Of a stretch of 64,000 bases of DNA, positions 31,116 through 40,553 are shown piece by piece. Made by a program: the position numbers and the translations under genes. The notes under the pieces were generated by a model. It worked only from the letters and a program-made list of their open reading frames with translations, did no database searches and was not told the DNA's origin. The stretch's first letter is position 1; each line of letters begins with the position of its first letter. The DNA is from a virus (Duplodnaviria > Caudoviricetes), in IMG/VR virus record IMGVR_UViG_3300032225_001437, positions 1 to 64,000 of that record, one strand, 5' to 3'.

Positions 31116-32204
31116 TTACTTGTCGCTGGCTTGCAAAATATACTTGCCGTAGCGTTGATGGAACTCATCAAAGTTTTTCAGCTTGGTCGGCTGGAACGGT
31201 AAGTTGTAGGTGGTAAGTGCAATACGGGCACCCATAACAACCAACTCAGTTTCAAAGTTCTTCATCATGTAAGCAAAGAAGTTATCAGCCATTTCGTGGA
31301 ACTGTTTATCTGATACTTTACGCTCAATTGCACCTTTGAGCTCGTAGCACATACTGATCACCAAGCTATACATAGCCGACACTTCTTTGACATTGAGCTC
31401 TTTTTCCTTGCCAGCTAGGATGTCTTCGGGCTTGGGCATACGACCGGCAATCTTGCGATGTGCCATGAACTTGACAGCAAGGCCTTCGCCTACTGTACCA
31501 GCGATCAAGTTCATAATTGTGTCATCATCGCCTTCTTCGTCTTCGAGCAATTCTGACACAAAGGTCCAGCTTCGTGGTGTAGCAAAGGCACGGCTTGCAC
31601 TTTTAGCATCAAAGTCATATAGATCCTGCTTGGCAAAACTCAAGTAACCGACTACATCTTTGTGGATGTTCTTGTTTACAGCCCACTCTTGCCAAGGGCC
31701 AAATTCAACCTTCATCTCTTGGTGGATGAAACGATTTGCCAGTGGAGTAGGCATACGATATGTAACACCTTTGTCGCTTTCACGATTACCTGCAGCAACA
31801 ATCACAACATTCTTGGGCAAGTGATATTTGCCAATGCGTCGATTCAAAATCAACTGATAAGCCGCGGCCTGAACACTGGGCGCCGAACTGTTCATCTCAT
31901 CTAAGAATAAGACCACGATTGGATACTGACCAGCAAGTTCTTCATCGGGCAGTTCAATTGGAGCCGCCCAATCCATTTTGCCTAGATCTTTGTTATAAAA
32001 AGGAATACCACGAATATCTGTGGGTTCCATCTGACCCAAACGTAGGTCGATCATGTAACCGCCCAGTTCGGCAGTGATGTCTGCTACTAGCTCACTCTTG
32101 CCAATTCCAGGAGGACCCCAGAGAAATAATGGGCGTTGTTTACGAAATGCTTTGAGCAAACTCTTGCGAGCTTGAATTGTAGTGACTGTTCTTGTTTCTG
32201 ACAT
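31116..32204 (-). CDS. MoxR/dynein-related AAA+ ATPase
   Basis: GPPGIGKS Walker A, LFLDE Walker B, AAGN, LANRF, TPRSW. Confidence 0.92.
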   Translation of the reverse strand: MSETRTVTTIQARKSLLKAFRKQRPLFLWGPPGIGKSELVADITAELGGYMIDLRLGQMEPTDIRGIPFYNKDLGKMDWAAPIELPDEELAGQYPIVVLFLDEMNSSAPSVQAAAYQLILNRRIGKYHLPKNVVIVAAGNRESDKGVTYRMPTPLANRFIHQEMKVEFGPWQEWAVNKNIHKDVVGYLSFAKQDLYDFDAKSASRAFATPRSWTFVSELLEDEEGDDDTIMNLIAGTVGEGLAVKFMAHRKIAGRMPKPEDILAGKEKELNVKEVSAMYSLVISMCYELKGAIERKVSDKQFHEMADNFFAYMMKNFETELVVMGARIALTTYNLPFQPTKLKNFDEFHQRYGKYILQASDK

Positions 32205-32235
32205 GGCTGTGTTCCTTAGTTACGATTAAAAATAT

Positions 32236-32264
32236 ATTATATGTTAAATAGACTTCTGTGTCAA
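32236..32264 (-). promoter_or_regulatory. sigma70-type promoter
   Basis: TTGACA-17-TATAAT. Confidence 0.8.
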
Positions 32265-32721
32265 GCAATCAATGATCTGTTGTTGCAAAACTGCAACATC
32301 TTCACGATCCACATAAAAATCAGTGCGTGGATCATAATACTCACCGGCCTTGGGATCGTAATACAAGACAGCGCCACTGGGGTAGTGAAAGGGTCCTTCC
32401 AGACCTTTGCGTGGACCATATTCTTGATTGTGCTTGAAAACAGTATAGGCCAAATTACACTCCCATTTCGTAGAAGCTGACAGTAGGATCAATCGAGAGT
32501 AGTTGCTCTGCACAACGAACCAGACGATTCATCTTCTCACGCACCATTGCAGGAGGCAATTCACCATCACAGGTCAAGTTTTCTGGACTCATCTCAGCAT
32601 CGATACTGTTAGCAATGGCCTGACGATCTTTGGCATTGAGCAAGCTCAACTCGCGTTTTTTAAAAATCTTGTTCCAAGTATTTTTCTGTGCCACATAGGC
32701 TTCTAGTGTGCTGATGTTCAC
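32244..32721 (-). other. Two small hypothetical ORFs (32244-ca.32460, 32455-32721)
   Basis: ORF track; AAGGAG SD. Confidence 0.6.
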
Positions 32722-32750
32722 ATCTGCTCCTTTTTAGTTTCTATACAAGT

Positions 32751-32779
32751 ATTATAGCAAATGGGCAATTTCTGGTCAA
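32751..32779 (-). promoter_or_regulatory. sigma70-type early promoter repeat
   Basis: TTGACC-17-TATAAT. Confidence 0.8.
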
Positions 32780-33009
32780 CCGAATGCTTTGACCAGCCCT
32801 GTAAGCCCAATCGCTAGGGCTACAATGTTGACCAGCAACTGTGGTTTATTTGCAACACGGATTGACCAGGCCATGAACAGGACGGTGCCTACGAAGAAGG
32901 CAAGTATGTTGTAAGGATAGGCCGCAGGTCCCACGGCGTTGAGACTGTGACCGGCTATTATAAACACCGCTCCAGTCCACTGTAAAACTTCATTGATTTC
33001 TAACTTCAT
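32776..33009 (-). CDS. Small multi-pass membrane protein
   Basis: Three hydrophobic segments; probable leaderless start at 33009. Confidence 0.7.
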   Translation of the reverse strand: MKLEINEVLQWTGAVFIIAGHSLNAVGPAAYPYNILAFFVGTVLFMAWSIRVANKPQLLVNIVALAIGLTGLVKAFG

Positions 33010-33015
33010 AGCCAT

Positions 33016-33044
33016 ATTATAGCAAAATGGGCATTAATGGTCAA
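33016..33044 (-). promoter_or_regulatory. sigma70-type early promoter repeat
   Basis: TTGACC-17-TATAAT, near-identical to 32751-32779. Confidence 0.8.
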
Positions 33045-33053
33045 CCGGCGTTT

Positions 33054-34040
33054 TTACAAGCGCACAAAGTGTTTTTCTTCAAGATTTCTATACAAAGGCT
33101 TCATGTGTGAACTAAATGACAGGGCATCTCTAAATCTTTGATTAGCTGGACTAACAGCATCTACCCAACGACTGTCACCTATGTGTAAAATCAGGCTGAT
33201 AATTTCCAACAAGATATTTTTACTCTGTGTATATTGCGTATTCCTGCGATGCCAAAAGTTATCCGACGGCGTGGTTGTATGAACTGATACCAAATTGTCT
33301 TGCCACATCATTAACAAGGCCGAAACAGACAGCCCTAGTTTTTTATAGTCGTAGTCAATGTTGATATTTGTGCGTTCAATATATTGACCAAGATCTTGAT
33401 ACAACGACATCACGATACCAAGATAGTTGGTTACAAAACAATAGTCACTCATGTTGGTGATATGGAAAAATTCTGGAGAATTTTCATGATACTTTCTGTA
33501 GCCTAAAATAGCGTTGTCAGGCAACACATAACGGTCTAGAGTGATTGATCCAGGCCTTGCAATCTGCATACCAATTGGAGTAGTATAACTTAGATCAATC
33601 ATTGGCTGTGCTGCCGCAAAGTCAATCATCACATAGGCTTCGGTATCGTTGACCGGCACACGGAAAATTCCAAAGTCGGCACGGTCCACTAGAGAAATCC
33701 ATTGCTTGGTTCCTGATATTACATTACCATCTAACCGCATTGAGTCAGCACTTTTCCACCCAGAATAGCAACCAATTTTATTTTCATACGTAGAATCGTA
33801 AAACTCTGGCAACTGATCACCAAACTTGGTTTCTATGTGCAGACGTGGATAATGGTTGTGTTGAACACAGTGAGCAATGCTGAGATCATATTTGGCCAAG
33901 GTCAACAAGTTGTGAAACCACTGTTCACGGTCAGCTGCGGAGGATCTAGCAATGTTCAAATCAAAGTAAGGCTTTAACTTGATCAAAGTGTCTCGGTTGA
34001 AATCAGTCACATCGGTCTGTATCAATGTCGCTAACATCAT
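33054..34040 (-). CDS. Acyl-CoA dehydrogenase-like protein (divergent)
   Basis: DLSIAHCVQH, ISGTKQWIS, PIGMQ, RFRDA pattern. Confidence 0.55.
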   Translation of the reverse strand: MMLATLIQTDVTDFNRDTLIKLKPYFDLNIARSSAADREQWFHNLLTLAKYDLSIAHCVQHNHYPRLHIETKFGDQLPEFYDSTYENKIGCYSGWKSADSMRLDGNVISGTKQWISLVDRADFGIFRVPVNDTEAYVMIDFAAAQPMIDLSYTTPIGMQIARPGSITLDRYVLPDNAILGYRKYHENSPEFFHITNMSDYCFVTNYLGIVMSLYQDLGQYIERTNINIDYDYKKLGLSVSALLMMWQDNLVSVHTTTPSDNFWHRRNTQYTQSKNILLEIISLILHIGDSRWVDAVSPANQRFRDALSFSSHMKPLYRNLEEKHFVRL

Positions 34041-35158
34041 GGGCCTAGGTCGTATTCTTTGCTAAACATCAGTCTAAGGTTTACTAGTTGATTCTTTTCT
34101 CTAAGGTATTGATTGTCGTTTACAAAGTTCATAAATCTAGTTTCGCTTTGCAAGTTAAACAGTCCCTTGACATAGTTCAATGCAGTCCGATTGTCATTCT
34201 TTAAAAATCCTTGCAAGGTTGGATCAGGATTGGCAATCAAATCAGCGTAGGATTTTTCACCGCTTACATCTATACTAAAATATTGATCACTGCTGAGTTT
34301 TTGTAGGTTGCTGGCACCATCAGTCAGTTCTGGATGACGACCACAGGCCGTGGCCCAGCCACGATAGCCCTTGACTGTTCTGGGCCACTTTGCTTCGGCC
34401 CAATCACCATCATACAACGGCAGTTTATTGGCTACAATGTGTCGTTTGACTGCGTGTTTGACCAAATGGTTCTGCTTGATATTGATCAATGGTTCCAAGA
34501 AGAAACGATTCAAGTGGTCGTAACTCATGGTTTGACGCAGCGGACTGTCAAGGTGTCTGGCATACCAACGACCTTGCCTATAAACCAGTCGGGGTTTTTC
34601 AAAGCCAGCCACAGCGGTCCATCGTTTGCCAGCATGATTGCGTTCAATCAGGTGCTTGACGCCTTCGGCGCCGGTGCTCATACCAAACATCAACAAGTCT
34701 CCTTTGTTCTTCCATACCCAATCTTCGTCCGGGCAATCAAGGCTTCTCAAAGTAGTATCGTTTTGATCATAACGAGTGATGATAGTGGAGGGATCATAGT
34801 GGTTGGCCTTAATCCAATCCACATGATGGTCCGGATACTGTGCCAAGTGTGCTGATGCTTTGATCAAGATCTCGTCGATACGTATGTTGGCCCTTTTAAA
34901 AATATTGTAAATGGTATGACTATCAGTGCCACCGCTCCACAACAATATCACACGTTCGTATTGGGACCTTATACTCAAAGCATGAGCAGTCATTAATTCA
35001 TCCAACGACTGCTCAGGTTCTACAGCCCAATTGAATTGATCGTATACACTGTCTCTACAGTAAAACTCTACTGGATTGCCGGACTGCATGGCTTCCATCA
35101 GTGCCGGGTAGATGTTGTAGACGAACTTGTGACCAACTCGATAGGCTATAGTGTCCAT
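34037..35158 (-). CDS. PP-loop (adenine nucleotide alpha-hydrolase-like) protein
   Basis: LLWSGGTDS. Confidence 0.6.
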   Translation of the reverse strand: MDTIAYRVGHKFVYNIYPALMEAMQSGNPVEFYCRDSVYDQFNWAVEPEQSLDELMTAHALSIRSQYERVILLWSGGTDSHTIYNIFKRANIRIDEILIKASAHLAQYPDHHVDWIKANHYDPSTIITRYDQNDTTLRSLDCPDEDWVWKNKGDLLMFGMSTGAEGVKHLIERNHAGKRWTAVAGFEKPRLVYRQGRWYARHLDSPLRQTMSYDHLNRFFLEPLINIKQNHLVKHAVKRHIVANKLPLYDGDWAEAKWPRTVKGYRGWATACGRHPELTDGASNLQKLSSDQYFSIDVSGEKSYADLIANPDPTLQGFLKNDNRTALNYVKGLFNLQSETRFMNFVNDNQYLREKNQLVNLRLMFSKEYDLGP

Positions 35159-35161
35159 GTG

Positions 35162-36139
35162 TTACTCGATACTCTTGGCCACATTTCTCATGATGTTCAA
35201 GGTGTTGACTTGAACTTGACGTTGATCCTGAGGTGATCCACCAAAGTTGGCAATGTGTAACATTTCAATATCTCGAGTATATTTGGGATTCTTCAACGCG
35301 GTGTTAACTACAGAATTGAATTGTGCAATGACTTCGCGTGGTGTGCCAGCCGGTGCATATAGGCCATACCAAATTGGCACGTCCACTGCTGGCACACGGT
35401 CAGCAATGTTGACCAGTCGTGCATCTGGTATGTCTTTCTTTACAATAGCAACTCCACGTCGATCCAAGGCAGCAACGATTTTGACCTTGCCGGCTTGATA
35501 GTGCGGAGCCATTGCAGTGTAGGTATCAAACACAAACGGAACATGTCCACCTAATAGATCAGCCACTTGTGGTGCTGAACCTTTGTAGAAAATCATGTTG
35601 GGCTTGGGAAGACCTTCGCGTTTGGCCCATTCGTAGAAGATGTTGCCAGTGTAGGTGTTCCAAAAACCCAGATTGAACTTTTCTGGATTTTTCTTCACAT
35701 AGTCCTTGAACTCTTCATAGGTGTTGACTGGAACATTGCTGGCCACGGCCAACACTGCGGTACCGGCACCCAAGGGGATGATTGGCTCAAAACTGTTTTC
35801 AGTATATTCGATACCGGGTGCTTTTTGTTTGAAAGCAATATTGGCATCAATAAAACCATTGCCACCAACGTAAATGGTGTGACCATCGGCTTTGGCAGCG
35901 GCAACATAGTTACTGCCAATAACAGTATCAGCACCGGGCTTGTTTACCACAACACTTTTCCATCCTTGTGCCTGAAAAATTTCATCCAACACACGGGCCC
36001 ATTTGTCAGTGGCGCCGCCTGGTGGGTACGGCACTACAATTTCAACAGTTTTGGTTGTGGGGGTAAAACCTTGTGCTGATGCAAATGAGGACAGAACAAC
36101 TAGCATGCCGACAGCGGCAATTTTTAATAATCGAAACAT
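35162..36139 (-). CDS. Tripartite tricarboxylate transporter substrate-binding protein (Bug/TctC)
   Basis: Signal peptide, VPYPPGGATD, NKPGA, YKGSAP..DLLGGHV, WYGLYAPAGTP. Confidence 0.93.
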   Translation of the reverse strand: MFRLLKIAAVGMLVVLSSFASAQGFTPTTKTVEIVVPYPPGGATDKWARVLDEIFQAQGWKSVVVNKPGADTVIGSNYVAAAKADGHTIYVGGNGFIDANIAFKQKAPGIEYTENSFEPIIPLGAGTAVLAVASNVPVNTYEEFKDYVKKNPEKFNLGFWNTYTGNIFYEWAKREGLPKPNMIFYKGSAPQVADLLGGHVPFVFDTYTAMAPHYQAGKVKIVAALDRRGVAIVKKDIPDARLVNIADRVPAVDVPIWYGLYAPAGTPREVIAQFNSVVNTALKNPKYTRDIEMLHIANFGGSPQDQRQVQVNTLNIMRNVAKSIE

Positions 36140-36149
36140 TTATTTTTCT

Positions 36150-36285
36150 CCTAAATTTTGGTTTCTTTAAGAGCTTGCAGAAGAACTCTGCTACGGCTCG
36201 GCGTTATGTATTAATAATACAGTAAAGACATCACTATGTCAAGCGTCGATTTAGATGCCGACGTCGGAACTACCCGGCGTTGCAG
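36150..36285 (-). ncRNA. Candidate structured 5' leader RNA of tctC
   Basis: Series of hairpins between a CATAAATA motif and the SD. Confidence 0.4.
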
Positions 36286-36296
36286 GAATATTTATG

Positions 36297-37922
36297 TCAG
36301 TAATTCAATTCGTCAAAGATTTCATCTGATGTTTTACCATCAAATCTGTTTTCTTTGAGCCATTCGTAGTAGTTCGGCCATTTGGATTCACGAATGTATT
36401 TGTTTCTCGCTTGATTATATTGACAAAATGCCGTGAACATTTCTAAATCACGATCTGTTGGGCGTGGTAATTTGAATTTACTAACATCAACATCGCAACT
36501 TACAACCAACCTAACATATGCTTGTTGCCAGTTCCAAACTAATCGAGAATTAATATTGTTGGTCTTCATTTCAACAATGTCTTGTAACTGTTCTAAGAAA
36601 TGTTCATCCTTGGCTCGTTGTCTTTGTAGATCCCAAAAGTTGCCAGACTTGGTAGAAAATCCCAGCATAAGGGTCATTCTCAATGCCACTTCATCCAGCA
36701 CAGGTTTTTGTAATGCATTGTATTGAGTTTCAATATCCTGTATTGCTAGCTCTGGCTGATTTAGTAATTTGATAAGATTTTCTAAGCCGCGACTGTGCGT
36801 GTGAATTAAGTTTCCGTCAAATGGATGAATCAGTCCTGATGCAAGACCAAACGCAATGGTATTACCGTAGCATGGCCGTTCGTAATAACCTGATTTCCAA
36901 GAGATCACTATGGGATTATTGACCTTGTAGTTACCAGCCCGGGATTGTAGATACTCGTGTATCTTGTCTTTTTCTGCCATAGAACTCATATAGCAGTAAC
37001 CGTTGCCAGTTCTATGATACAGATTTATTTTGAATCCCCATCCGTGTTCTAGACCTGAGAATGTAGTAGCGCCGACCATTTCTGTGTGTGGATCAGTATA
37101 CTTGCGTGGATATACCATGGCACTGTCGGGAGAATATTTTGAATGATCGATCCAAGAATGATTATCGAGCTTAGACATGATCACTCGTCTAAAACCAGTA
37201 AGATCTAGATACATGTCGCCGACAATCTTTTTCTGGCTGTCTGATACTACGCCAGTGATATGTCCGTTTTGATCTTGCTCGATGTCCTGTATCACTGCGT
37301 CAATTTCTTCAATTTGACCTGGAAAGTTAGCGATACAAATGTTGCGCATTAAAATGGCAGTTTTATCAGCATCAAAGTGATAGGAAAATCCATCATTGGG
37401 CCTTAGTATATAATTGTTGTTGGCATCGTATGGAGCCTTGGGAACGCTTGAAAAATATTGAGCGTCAATAATATCATCAACTAATTGATTCATAGTCCGA
37501 GGATTTTGTTGATGTGCCCATAGCCATGTGTCAATAATGCCAGCATCACCAGGCCTGGCCGTCCATGTTTCGTAATAGTCGGGATAATCAAAAGCAGAAT
37601 AAAATTTTGCAAGACTACTGATTTTTAAATTGTGTATTTTACCATGGTGAGTAATCTTGTTGTCGCCATTGAATTCATCTAGCTTGACCCCATACTTGTA
37701 GATAGCACCGGTGGTTCTCATGAACTCTCGATCGTCTTTAAACTTTAACAAATTTTTAAGATTATACGGACCATCAAATGCCATGGCTTCGCCAACTTGA
37801 AGTTTTGGAATCTTAGAGCTGCCTACAATGGTAATGCGAATATCTGGAACATTTTGTAAAAGTGACAACGCTGTGTACCATCCACTAAAACCTGCGCCGG
37901 CAACAACTATTTTTTTAATCAT
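36297..37922 (-). CDS. Tryptophan halogenase-family flavoprotein (divergent)
   Basis: GAGFSG, VGEA, GAIYKYGV, YHFDA, DLTGF, RTGNGY. Confidence 0.8.
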   Translation of the reverse strand: MIKKIVVAGAGFSGWYTALSLLQNVPDIRITIVGSSKIPKLQVGEAMAFDGPYNLKNLLKFKDDREFMRTTGAIYKYGVKLDEFNGDNKITHHGKIHNLKISSLAKFYSAFDYPDYYETWTARPGDAGIIDTWLWAHQQNPRTMNQLVDDIIDAQYFSSVPKAPYDANNNYILRPNDGFSYHFDADKTAILMRNICIANFPGQIEEIDAVIQDIEQDQNGHITGVVSDSQKKIVGDMYLDLTGFRRVIMSKLDNHSWIDHSKYSPDSAMVYPRKYTDPHTEMVGATTFSGLEHGWGFKINLYHRTGNGYCYMSSMAEKDKIHEYLQSRAGNYKVNNPIVISWKSGYYERPCYGNTIAFGLASGLIHPFDGNLIHTHSRGLENLIKLLNQPELAIQDIETQYNALQKPVLDEVALRMTLMLGFSTKSGNFWDLQRQRAKDEHFLEQLQDIVEMKTNNINSRLVWNWQQAYVRLVVSCDVDVSKFKLPRPTDRDLEMFTAFCQYNQARNKYIRESKWPNYYEWLKENRFDGKTSDEIFDELNY

Positions 37923-38374
37923 GAAAAAATCCTTCCTGTAATGCTGAATCTGATTTTACCAGGCTCGGTGTTGACAACTTGATGAGCAGTATCTGCTTTA
38001 AAAATATGCCAACGGTTAGGTTCAATACAATACGATGCTAACTTGGTAGCATAGTCGTTGTCAAAGAATTCAGTTAACACACGGTCGCCTCCGCAGTCTA
38101 ATACATAAGTTAATTTAATTTTTGTACCGTGATCTTTGTGCAAGCGTAAATCACCAACAGCTGCCTGGAATCCAAAATACATGTCAGGACATATATTTTG
38201 TTGACACCATTGATTTATTTCTTCGTTGAAGCTATCACTCCACCAATAGGTGTCGGGGTTAGCAACCCTACCTGGTTCTTTACGATATTGATCAAAATCA
38301 CGATTGATACGATTTAACATTTCCTTAGGAATCTGTGGAAAGTTAACGTATTGTATGTACCTTGGTGTATACAT
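37919..38374 (-). CDS. 2OG-Fe(II)/cupin-like protein
   Basis: HxD...H facial triad (HKD...AHQV), RFSIT. Confidence 0.55.
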   Translation of the reverse strand: MYTPRYIQYVNFPQIPKEMLNRINRDFDQYRKEPGRVANPDTYWWSDSFNEEINQWCQQNICPDMYFGFQAAVGDLRLHKDHGTKIKLTYVLDCGGDRVLTEFFDNDYATKLASYCIEPNRWHIFKADTAHQVVNTEPGKIRFSITGRIFS

Positions 38375-38542
38375 TATCTACCTCGGCCAGCACTTCTAGT
38401 AGGTGGCTTTTTACCGGCAGGTGCAGCAGATTTAACTCGTTTTGCTTTGGTGTCAACAACGGCGGTGCCATCGTTTTCTAAATGATGGATACCTTTTTTC
38501 TTATCCAGTGCGGCCTTAATTGTATCGCTTAGTTTGCTCATT
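38374..38542 (-). CDS. Small basic protein MSKLSDTIKAALDKKK...AGRGR (not in ORF track)
   Basis: AAGGA SD, fills the gap; ends approximate. Confidence 0.55.
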
Positions 38543-38555
38543 GTGGTTCCTTATA

Positions 38556-39317
38556 TTAAAACTTACTTATAAATTGTTTTTTCAACAATTCAAAATATTG
38601 TATTTCCTGCTCACTCAGAGTAACTGAATCAATATTTTGCCTAAAACTATCAGCGGCATGTTGTAGATTGTTTATATCCCCAACAAATTTAAAATTTTCT
38701 GTTGCACCTTTGGTATCGTAGGCATCCATTATGATATGATATCTATTTTCTGTTGACTTATTTGTCACTTGATGATTCCTATTCACCCAGAGAATATACA
38801 CCGATCCATCAGCTGGCATGTGCAAATCATACCCGTCGCAATGGTGTATACATTGCTCATTGGTCCATAAAGGAATATGTATACGAGCCATATATACATC
38901 AGGAGTAGCATCGCTATGCAATAGTGTAGCGCCGCCTGGACGTAACAAACTGACCCTGGCCCGGCGTGGTGTAAACCCTTGATCACGAATTTGATCTAGC
39001 ACACGGGCTATTTCACCACGACATCCATTGGTAGGATTTGCGTGTTCAAAACTATGACTGATATTTAAAAATTTACTTGCACGATAGTTTGGTTTACCTT
39101 CAGGGAATATAATCTTTTCACCTGGATGACCTGTATGTCCAATTTCCCAACCGTCTTGCCAAGTACCGGTTCGTGTTAACAAACTCCAGCCACCAAAATT
39201 GTCGTAACCGTATTCATCACCTTGAAATATAGGATCCCCTAACGTGAATACATATTGCTTCACGTCTTTGCGTAGACAATCTATGTCTACTGTGATGTTG
39301 AGTTTTTCAAAAAACAT
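38556..39317 (-). CDS. Aspartyl/asparaginyl beta-hydroxylase-family 2OG-Fe(II) oxygenase
   Basis: LRPGG..LHSD, RIHIPLWTN, H..N..RYHII. Confidence 0.75.
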   Translation of the reverse strand: MFFEKLNITVDIDCLRKDVKQYVFTLGDPIFQGDEYGYDNFGGWSLLTRTGTWQDGWEIGHTGHPGEKIIFPEGKPNYRASKFLNISHSFEHANPTNGCRGEIARVLDQIRDQGFTPRRARVSLLRPGGATLLHSDATPDVYMARIHIPLWTNEQCIHHCDGYDLHMPADGSVYILWVNRNHQVTNKSTENRYHIIMDAYDTKGATENFKFVGDINNLQHAADSFRQNIDSVTLSEQEIQYFELLKKQFISKF

Positions 39318-39328
39318 AATTAAAATTT

Positions 39329-39402
39329 TGGTGCCCCTTGACAGAATCGAACTGCCAATTGATGATTACAAATCAACTGTTATACCATTTAACTAAAAGG
39401 GC
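39329..39402 (-). tRNA. tRNA-Thr(UGU)
   Basis: Cloverleaf, TTCGA, CCA encoded; one mismatch in the anticodon stem. Confidence 0.9.
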
Positions 39403-39448
39403 GTAATGCTACTTATTTGTTACAAAGTGTATCCATAAATATCATGTA

Positions 39449-39595
39449 ATGAAACTTCAACACGATGACCTAGGCTTCTATTTTGAATTCAAGTATGCTC
39501 GATATATCGAGCATCCGGGCTGGTACCTAATGGGCACAACATTACTGGGTATCTTTGCATTCAATCTAGGATTTTTAATAGGGTCAATTTGGTAG
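39449..39595 (+). CDS. 48-aa membrane peptide antisense to the tRNA array (not in ORF track)
   Basis: CATAAATA motif at about 39434; hydrophobic C-terminus. Confidence 0.45.
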   Translation: MKLQHDDLGFYFEFKYARYIEHPGWYLMGTTLLGIFAFNLGFLIGSIW

Positions 39596-39667
39596 GACCT
39601 ACTGGATTCGAACCAGGGACCCTGGAGGTAGAAGCTCCATGCTCTAATCCAACTGAGCTAAGGTCCT
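39590..39667 (-). tRNA. tRNA-Arg(UCU)
   Basis: Cloverleaf, TGGAG-CTTCTAC-CTCCA, CCA. Confidence 0.92.
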
Positions 39668-39674
39668 GCGTATT

Positions 39675-39764
39675 TGGCGGAGAGTGTGGGATTCGAACCC
39701 ACGATAGTGTTGCCACTATGACGGTTTAGTAGACCGTTGGTTTCAGCCGCTCACCCAACTCTCC
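39675..39764 (-). tRNA. tRNA-Ser(ACU)
   Basis: Long variable arm, G73, ACGGT-CTACTAA-ACCGT. Confidence 0.88.
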
Positions 39765-39818
39765 GTAATTTTACTGTCATATACCTTTTGATAAATACCT
39801 TTATAAACAGCGTATATT

Positions 39819-40250
39819 ATGTTACACACAATCACAACCATTTCAGACGATCTTGCCCACCTTATCAAGGACGATCCTGTGCGCCCAGAAATACCCCTGT
39901 CTGATCGCGTAAACTCAAACAGTCGAATTTACATGTTAAAAGATGGTGATCAAACCCTGGCCGTTACCTGTGTTAAATTTTTAGAAACAATTCCTTCAGC
40001 AGTGGATGATTTGGTTGTGATAATCGGCAGTGCAACCACAGCAGTATTCTACACTATCTGGAGCTACACAGCCGGTGCCGGGCGAGACCTTATTGTAGCA
40101 GCTCAACGGTCAATTGAATCCGAATTTCCAGAGATTCAAACTTATGTGACCCTAAGTCCCAAGACCGAAATGGCTCGGCGCTTTCATCTCAAAAACGGCG
40201 CTCGTCAATTACGAGAAAACACCGACACCATCAACTACATCTACAAATAA
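39819..40250 (+). CDS. Hypothetical protein, GNAT-like features
   Basis: FYTIWSY..GAGR..LSP..ARRFHLKNGA; GATAAATA upstream. Confidence 0.6.
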   Translation: MLHTITTISDDLAHLIKDDPVRPEIPLSDRVNSNSRIYMLKDGDQTLAVTCVKFLETIPSAVDDLVVIIGSATTAVFYTIWSYTAGAGRDLIVAAQRSIESEFPEIQTYVTLSPKTEMARRFHLKNGARQLRENTDTINYIYK

Positions 40251-40553
40251 CATCACTTGTTTAAAATCTGTGTCTGTTTAAAGGCCTTGATCTTGGCGTG
40301 AGCACTGGCTTGACTAGCCATAATCTGTCTACTGGCCTCGGCTCGTTTTTCAGTCTTGGTCCATTGTCCTGCTAAGGTACGACTCAATTCAGTTGCTGTT
40401 TGTTGTTTTGCCATTTTGATTCCTATCTAAAAAATTTTCTAACAATCCATTTTAACCAAAGATAACGGACCGGCCGGGTTGGGAAAAAATCAACACCCCA
40501 TCCTACTTCTCGGGGCATATTGCCATAGGCTCGATCTAGTGTATCTTTACGGG

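Noticed and set aside
34037-35158. PP-loop protein as the missing QueC
   Set aside because: Has SGGxDS but lacks the QueC C-terminal Cys4 zinc motif and is far from the que genes
36150-36295. Match to SAM-II, SAM-V or SAH riboswitches
   Set aside because: The conserved cores (UGAUUU/GCUAAA; GAGGAGCG) are absent; kept only as an orphan candidate
39675-39764. Reading the Ser tRNA loop CUACUAA as an amber (CUA) suppressor, implying a recoded genome
   Set aside because: A perfect 5-bp stem and 7-nt loop place ACU at 34-36; genes tile well under code 11, with TAG used as a normal stop
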